Of a stretch of 23,921 nt of DNA, positions 19,422 to 23,921 are shown in pieces. The notes under the pieces were generated by a model. It was not told where the DNA came from. It saw only the letters and a program-made list of their open reading frames with translations, and did not search any database. The DNA comes from Candidatus Eiseniibacteriota bacterium (GTDB lineage: Bacteria > Eisenbacteria > RBG-16-71-46). Numbering within the stretch: position 1 is the stretch's first letter; every line of letters begins with the position of its first letter. The stretch is from NCBI GenBank assembly GCA_031366795.1, contig JANLOX010000400.1, positions 1-23,921 on the forward strand. The letters run 5' to 3'. A program made the position numbers and the translations under genes.

Positions 19422-22400
19422 ATGATCCGTTCGCTACTACGGCTATTCCCCTGTCTTGTGGTTGCCGTCTGCGTGGCTGTCGTTGCGACGCCTGCGCTCG
19501 CGGTGTCGCCACCGTCCTACATCACCCAGTGGGGTGTACTGGGTTCCGGCCCCGGGCAATTCAACTCGCCCGCGGGTGTGGCCGTCGATCACGCCGGGTT
19601 CGTCTATGTCGCGGACACCAACAACAACCGCATCGAGAAGTTCACCACGGCGGGCGCCTACGTCGGCCAGTGGGGCACCACCGGAACGGGCAACGGCCAG
19701 TTCAGCGGGCCGTTCGGGCTCACCGTCTGGAACGGCAGGGTCTACGTGGTCGACACCGGCAACCAGCGCGTGCAGGTGTTCACCACCAATGGCGTCTACC
19801 TGTTCCAGTGGGGCACGCCAGGCTTGGGCAATGGCCAGTTCGGGCAACCGTTGTGCGTCGCGGTCGATTCCACCGCCAAAGTGTACGTCACGGACTACAC
19901 CCAGAATCGCGTGCAGAAGTTCACGAGCTCCGGCGGCTACCTATCCCAGTGGGGGAGCTACGGGACGGGCGGCGGCCAGTTCAATGGCATGGCCGGAATC
20001 TCGGCCGACGCGATGGGCGACATCTACATCGTCGACTCGGGCAACAACATCGTCCAGGTCTTCGATGTGACCGGATTCTTCACGAGCCAGATCGGCGGTG
20101 GCGGACCCTGGCCGATCACGCTGAATTACCCTCTCGGTGTCACGACCGATGGTATTTATCCGTACGTGGCCGATACGCAAGATCACCGCATCGTGCTGTC
20201 CACGGTCGGTGGCTACCCGCAAACCGCGTGGGGCGTCCTCGGTGCGGGCCCCGGTCAGTTCAACGGTCCGCACTCGGTCGCTTACGACGCCGGATTCATT
20301 TACGTGGCGGACACCGAGCAGCACCGCATCCAGAAGTTCGGCGTGGCGCCGGTTGAGGAGTGTACCAACTGCGTGGCGCCGTCGGACCTGTGCTGCGAGG
20401 CGATGCCCGAGATCGGCGGTCCATGGACGAATATCCTCGTCGGCACCCGCCAGCCCGTCAATTACTTCACCCCGCCGCACTCGGTCACCATCTTCAATCT
20501 CGGCGCGACGCCGGTGCCAGCGGAAGACACCGATTGGGCCTCGATGACGCGCTACAACGGCCCCGGTGGTTCGTGGAATGGCGACTCGCTCGGCACGGTG
20601 TTCGGCCTGACGTTGGATGAATACGGCAACATCTTCGTCTGCCACACCTCGACCTACAGCGTCGACTTGCTCGGCCAGGTGTTCGGTGGCGGAGCGGGTG
20701 CCATCTACCGTCTCGATGGCGTGACCGGCGCGATCAAGACGTTCTGCAAGTTGCCGAATTTCGCCGACCCGAGTGTCACGCCGGGCGAGGACATGCCCGG
20801 ACTCGGCAATATCACCTACGACTGCAATCACAAACAGTTCTTCGTCACGAATATCGAGGACGGCAAGATCTACCGCATCAAACCGGTCGGCGTGAACGGC
20901 CCGACAGGGACGGTGGTCGAGACCTTCGATCCGCTGGTGCCCGACAATGGCCTCCCGGGATGGGCACCGATTGGCGAACGGCTATGGGGAGTCCAGTGGC
21001 ACGGCGACCGCGTCTACTACAGCGTGTGGGCGCAGGACGGAAGTGAGGGCGTGGGTCCTAACGAGATCCGCAGCGTGGGTCTCACCCCGCTCGGCGCATT
21101 CAACCCCGGCAGCGATAAGCATGAGTTGAACGTTCCGCCGCTGCCCGGACGTCCTTACTCGAACCCGATCGCCGACATCAGTTTTAACGCCATCGGCAAG
21201 ATGCTGCTGGGTGAGCGCTCCGCCTACTCCAAGACGGGAGTCGGCGCGCACGATTCGCGCGTGCTCGAGTTCGCTTGCGCGGGCGGTTGCTGGGTGCCGG
21301 CGAACAAGTACGCCATCGGCGCCTACAACGCGAAGGAGAATGCCGCGGGCGGCGTCGACTACGACAATCACGCCTTCAGCGGCCCCGCGAGCCCGATCGG
21401 GCGGGTGTGGGCGTCGGGCGATGCGCTGCACCTGAACACGCCGTACTTGGATTCGATCTACGGCTACCAGGGCATGCGACCGAACTTGGCCATCGGTTCC
21501 AACATCAACAGCCTGCTGATCGACTCGGACGGTTACACCCTGCAAGGCGACAAGACGAGCCACGGTGACGTGGAGGTTCCTGGTTGCCCGCCGGTCACGC
21601 TGGGCTCGATCTGCGGACTGAAGTTCCGTGACTTGAACCACAATGGCGTGAAGGACCCGGGCGAAACCGGTATCGCCGGCTGGCTGTTCCAGATCACTGG
21701 CCCCCTTGGCACCAACACGGTGGTCACGGACGCCAACGGCAACTACTGCTTCAATGAATTGCCCGCGGGCACATACACCATCACCGAGATCCCGGTGTCG
21801 CCGTGGATCCAGACCGCGCCTCCGGGCGGCTCGTACACCGTCAACCTCGCCGCGGGACAGACGGTCACCGGGCAGGACTTCGGCAACTACGCCTGCAACT
21901 CAACCGGTGGATGCATCCAGGCGCCGCCGAATATGGTGGCGTGGTGGCCGTTCGGTGACGGCACCACGACGGCCGCCGACGTCACGCACCTGAGCCCGCC
22001 GCGTAATGTCGCGCAGTTGTTGGGCGCCGCGTCGCAGAGCGCGCAGGGTGAGGTGGGACACGCGGTGTTGATCGGCTCGGATTTCGATGAGGCCCGGGTC
22101 CCGAACGCCACGCAGCTCGCCACGACCTTCGGCACCGGATCGTTCGCCATCGATGCCTGGCTGAATCCCGATCCCGGTGTCGGCGGGCAGCGCATGATTA
22201 TCGAGAAGCGCAAACTGATCTCGTCGTCGCCCTACCGGACTGTCGGCTGGGCGCTCTACCTGAACGGCTTGCAGTGCTACCTCGAGATCGGCAACGGCAG
22301 CTCGACGCAGGTCGTGCCAGGTCCGTCGCTGGCACCGGGCACCTGGTCGCACGTCGCCGTCTCGGTGGATCGCGGACCGCAGGGTGGCCAGTGGTACTTG

Positions 22401-23666
22401 AATGGCGCCTCGTCCACCGCGGGGGCGTTCGCGCCGCTCGCCGGTTCGGTCTCGTGCACCGCGGATATCTACATGGGCCAGTCGAGCCCGGCCTTCGGTG
22501 CCGCGGCCAGCTTCCGCGGACGCATCGATGAAGTCGAGTTGTTCGCGAGTCCGGTGGCGGCGCTGCCGGTGCTGCCGGCGGTGAGCGTTGCCGGCATCGT
22601 CAATGCCGGTCCTTACGGCAAGTGCCCCGAGTACGTGCTGATGCCTTCGGTCACCACGATCTGCAAGACCGCCACGTCCGTGCAGGTGTGCTTCAGCGTC
22701 TGCAACGGTACGGCGATCGCGCAGAGCTATCACTGGACGATGGCTGGGTTGCCGGTAGGACCCGGCTGCAGCACGGCGGGACCGCTGGTATTCACGCCCT
22801 CCTCCGGCACCCTCACGGTGCCGCCGGGCACGTGCTCGGTCCCCGTCTGCGTCACGATCCCGCGTCCCGTGGGATTGACGACCCAGAACGCGACCTCGTG
22901 CTACGCCGTCTCGATCTTCAATGACGCGACCGGCGCCTGCACCACGAAGAACGGCACGATCCGCGCCGACTACAGCTGCTGGTGCATCACGCCGCCGCCG
23001 GGCCCCATCAGCGTCGCGGCGCGTGTGGCCGTCGGCACGCCGATCAGCATCGGCATCGGCCATCCGTGCCCTCCGGTCGCGAGCCCCTACCGCATCAGCG
23101 CGGTGGCCCTCAACACGGATCATCCAGATCCGCTGGCGGCCAGCCTCAACGGCCTGCCGCCGGGCGAGCCGGTGTTGGGTACCTTGACGCTTCAGCCGGG
23201 CGGTCTTGATCCGCAGGTCACGGTCAACGTGAGCTACCCGAACGGCTACGACGCCGCGGCGCCTTACGAGATCGTGCTGGAAGCGGACCTGGATGGCGAT
23301 GGCGTGATGGAACGCGTGGGCGGAACCACGGTGGTGTCCAACTACGACGCCACGCAGGCGGCCGGAGTCTCACCCACGGTCCTCCCGCTGGCCGACGTAC
23401 AGATGCTGTTGGCGCCGAATCCCTTCAGCGGCGGCACGGGAGTCAGCTTCACGCTCTCGCACGCCGATGACGTGCAGGTCGGCGTCTACGACCTGGGTGG
23501 CCGCGTGGTTCGCGCATTGCAGCGGGGCACGTTGGCGGCGGGCAGCCATCGCTTCGACTGGAACGGACGCGACGAGCAGGGCCGCAGGGTTTCGGCGGGC
23601 GTGTACTTCGTCCGGCTCGAAGTCACGGGCCGGCACATGGAATCGAAGCTCGTGAAGTTGCAGTAG
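19422..23666 (+). CDS. Large secreted multidomain protein: NHL repeats, second propeller-like region, SdrD-B-like Ig, LamG/concanavalin-like domain, Cys-rich region, FlgD-Ig/T9SS-like CTD
   Basis: GAGG RBS, ATG at 19422, signal peptide ending ALA; six 'GQFxxPxGVAVD...YVADTxNxRIQKF' repeats; 'SICGLKFRDLNHNGVKDPGETGIAGW...TDANGNYCF'; 'MVAWWPF...WSHVAV...FRGRIDEVELF'; CTD 'PNPF...WNGRDEQG...GVYFVRL'. Confidence 0.9.
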   Translation: MIRSLLRLFPCLVVAVCVAVVATPALAVSPPSYITQWGVLGSGPGQFNSPAGVAVDHAGFVYVADTNNNRIEKFTTAGAYVGQWGTTGTGNGQFSGPFGLTVWNGRVYVVDTGNQRVQVFTTNGVYLFQWGTPGLGNGQFGQPLCVAVDSTAKVYVTDYTQNRVQKFTSSGGYLSQWGSYGTGGGQFNGMAGISADAMGDIYIVDSGNNIVQVFDVTGFFTSQIGGGGPWPITLNYPLGVTTDGIYPYVADTQDHRIVLSTVGGYPQTAWGVLGAGPGQFNGPHSVAYDAGFIYVADTEQHRIQKFGVAPVEECTNCVAPSDLCCEAMPEIGGPWTNILVGTRQPVNYFTPPHSVTIFNLGATPVPAEDTDWASMTRYNGPGGSWNGDSLGTVFGLTLDEYGNIFVCHTSTYSVDLLGQVFGGGAGAIYRLDGVTGAIKTFCKLPNFADPSVTPGEDMPGLGNITYDCNHKQFFVTNIEDGKIYRIKPVGVNGPTGTVVETFDPLVPDNGLPGWAPIGERLWGVQWHGDRVYYSVWAQDGSEGVGPNEIRSVGLTPLGAFNPGSDKHELNVPPLPGRPYSNPIADISFNAIGKMLLGERSAYSKTGVGAHDSRVLEFACAGGCWVPANKYAIGAYNAKENAAGGVDYDNHAFSGPASPIGRVWASGDALHLNTPYLDSIYGYQGMRPNLAIGSNINSLLIDSDGYTLQGDKTSHGDVEVPGCPPVTLGSICGLKFRDLNHNGVKDPGETGIAGWLFQITGPLGTNTVVTDANGNYCFNELPAGTYTITEIPVSPWIQTAPPGGSYTVNLAAGQTVTGQDFGNYACNSTGGCIQAPPNMVAWWPFGDGTTTAADVTHLSPPRNVAQLLGAASQSAQGEVGHAVLIGSDFDEARVPNATQLATTFGTGSFAIDAWLNPDPGVGGQRMIIEKRKLISSSPYRTVGWALYLNGLQCYLEIGNGSSTQVVPGPSLAPGTWSHVAVSVDRGPQGGQWYLNGASSTAGAFAPLAGSVSCTADIYMGQSSPAFGAAASFRGRIDEVELFASPVAALPVLPAVSVAGIVNAGPYGKCPEYVLMPSVTTICKTATSVQVCFSVCNGTAIAQSYHWTMAGLPVGPGCSTAGPLVFTPSSGTLTVPPGTCSVPVCVTIPRPVGLTTQNATSCYAVSIFNDATGACTTKNGTIRADYSCWCITPPPGPISVAARVAVGTPISIGIGHPCPPVASPYRISAVALNTDHPDPLAASLNGLPPGEPVLGTLTLQPGGLDPQVTVNVSYPNGYDAAAPYEIVLEADLDGDGVMERVGGTTVVSNYDATQAAGVSPTVLPLADVQMLLAPNPFSGGTGVSFTLSHADDVQVGVYDLGGRVVRALQRGTLAAGSHRFDWNGRDEQGRRVSAGVYFVRLEVTGRHMESKLVKLQ

Positions 23667-23681
23667 TCCGGAGGCAACCGG

Positions 23682-23714
23682 ACGGGGGCGTCGCGGATAT
23701 CGCGGCGCCCCCGT
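23682..23714 (+). terminator. Strong terminator-like hairpin after the NHL gene; target site of the intron
   Basis: 14-bp stem ACGGGGGCGTCGCG/CGCGGCGCCCCCGT (one G-U pair), loop GATAT, then TCTGT. Confidence 0.8.
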
Positions 23715-23719
23715 TCTGT

Positions 23720-23921
23720 GTACGCCCAGCATGGGCGCTGACTGGGAGGTGAAAGTCCTCCGGGAACTTGGTCACAGGACCCCAAGGGAACCGCAAGGGC
23801 GTGACCGCGAAGCTCTCGTGACCAAAGCTCGATGACGTAAATCCGGCGGTCGTGTCGGGACGGTCAGCACTCTTATCTGGGGAGATCTCGCCTCACGCCT
23901 GAAAGGGCGACGCGGCCGCAA
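23720..23921 (+). mobile_element. 5' part (domain I and start of domain II) of a group IIC intron, running off the window
   Basis: 5' GTACGCCCAGCATGGGCG; GGAGGTGAAAGTCCTCC hairpin; AACCGCAAGGG; GTAAAT; ACTCTTATCTGGGGAGATCT; GCCTGAAAGGGC; alpha-alpha' complementarity TTGGTCAC (23768-75)/GTGACCAA (23818-25); GCTGAC/GTCAGC domain I stem; sits 5 nt after a terminator stem, the hallmark of class C introns. Confidence 0.88.

Noticed and set aside
18697..19512. 271-aa minus-strand ORF as a real gene
   Set aside because: Only the signal-peptide stretch from 19179 looks genuine; the rest is intergenic or out-of-frame cyclophilin sequence and overlaps the NHL gene
20360..20395. CTNC as a heme c or Fe-S motif
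   Set aside because: No His follows CxxC; in a secreted linker, disulfides are more likely
23666..23714. Hairpin as an integron attC site
   Set aside because: No RYYYAAC/GTTRRRY core, too short, and no cassette array or integrase nearby
23720..23921. tRNA, riboswitch or SRP/RNase P RNA at the right end
   Set aside because: No cloverleaf or aptamer consensus; the landmarks and pairings fit group IIC intron domain I

Overview
GC-rich bacterial DNA. The FlgD-Ig/T9SS-like C-terminal domains and the Hanks kinase-TolB fusion suggest an FCB-associated lineage such as Ca. Eisenbacteria, Latescibacteria or Krumholzibacteria (inference). The left part encodes a LolA-like secreted protein, a DUF998 membrane protein, a secreted MBL-fold hydrolase, a small secreted two-domain ABM/cyclase-like protein, an FG-GAP/ASPIC-UnbV protein and a Ser/Thr kinase with a TolB-like propeller. 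The middle has a gcvP with no gcvT/gcvH in the window, followed 27 bp later by an unusual stand-alone A-T-TE NRPS-like gene (no amino-acid-binding Asp; Cys-type TE). The right part has three more large secreted proteins: a two-repeat 'GSSGxDGV' protein, a beta-propeller/di-heme cytochrome c protein with a candidate sigma54 promoter, and an NHL/SdrD/LamG protein. Four secreted proteins share the same ~90-aa C-terminal sorting-like domain. There is also an internally deleted, frameshifted cyclophilin pseudogene. At the right edge lies the 5' end of a group IIC intron, inserted just behind a terminator hairpin and apparently missing part of domain I. No rRNA, tRNA or CRISPR array was seen.
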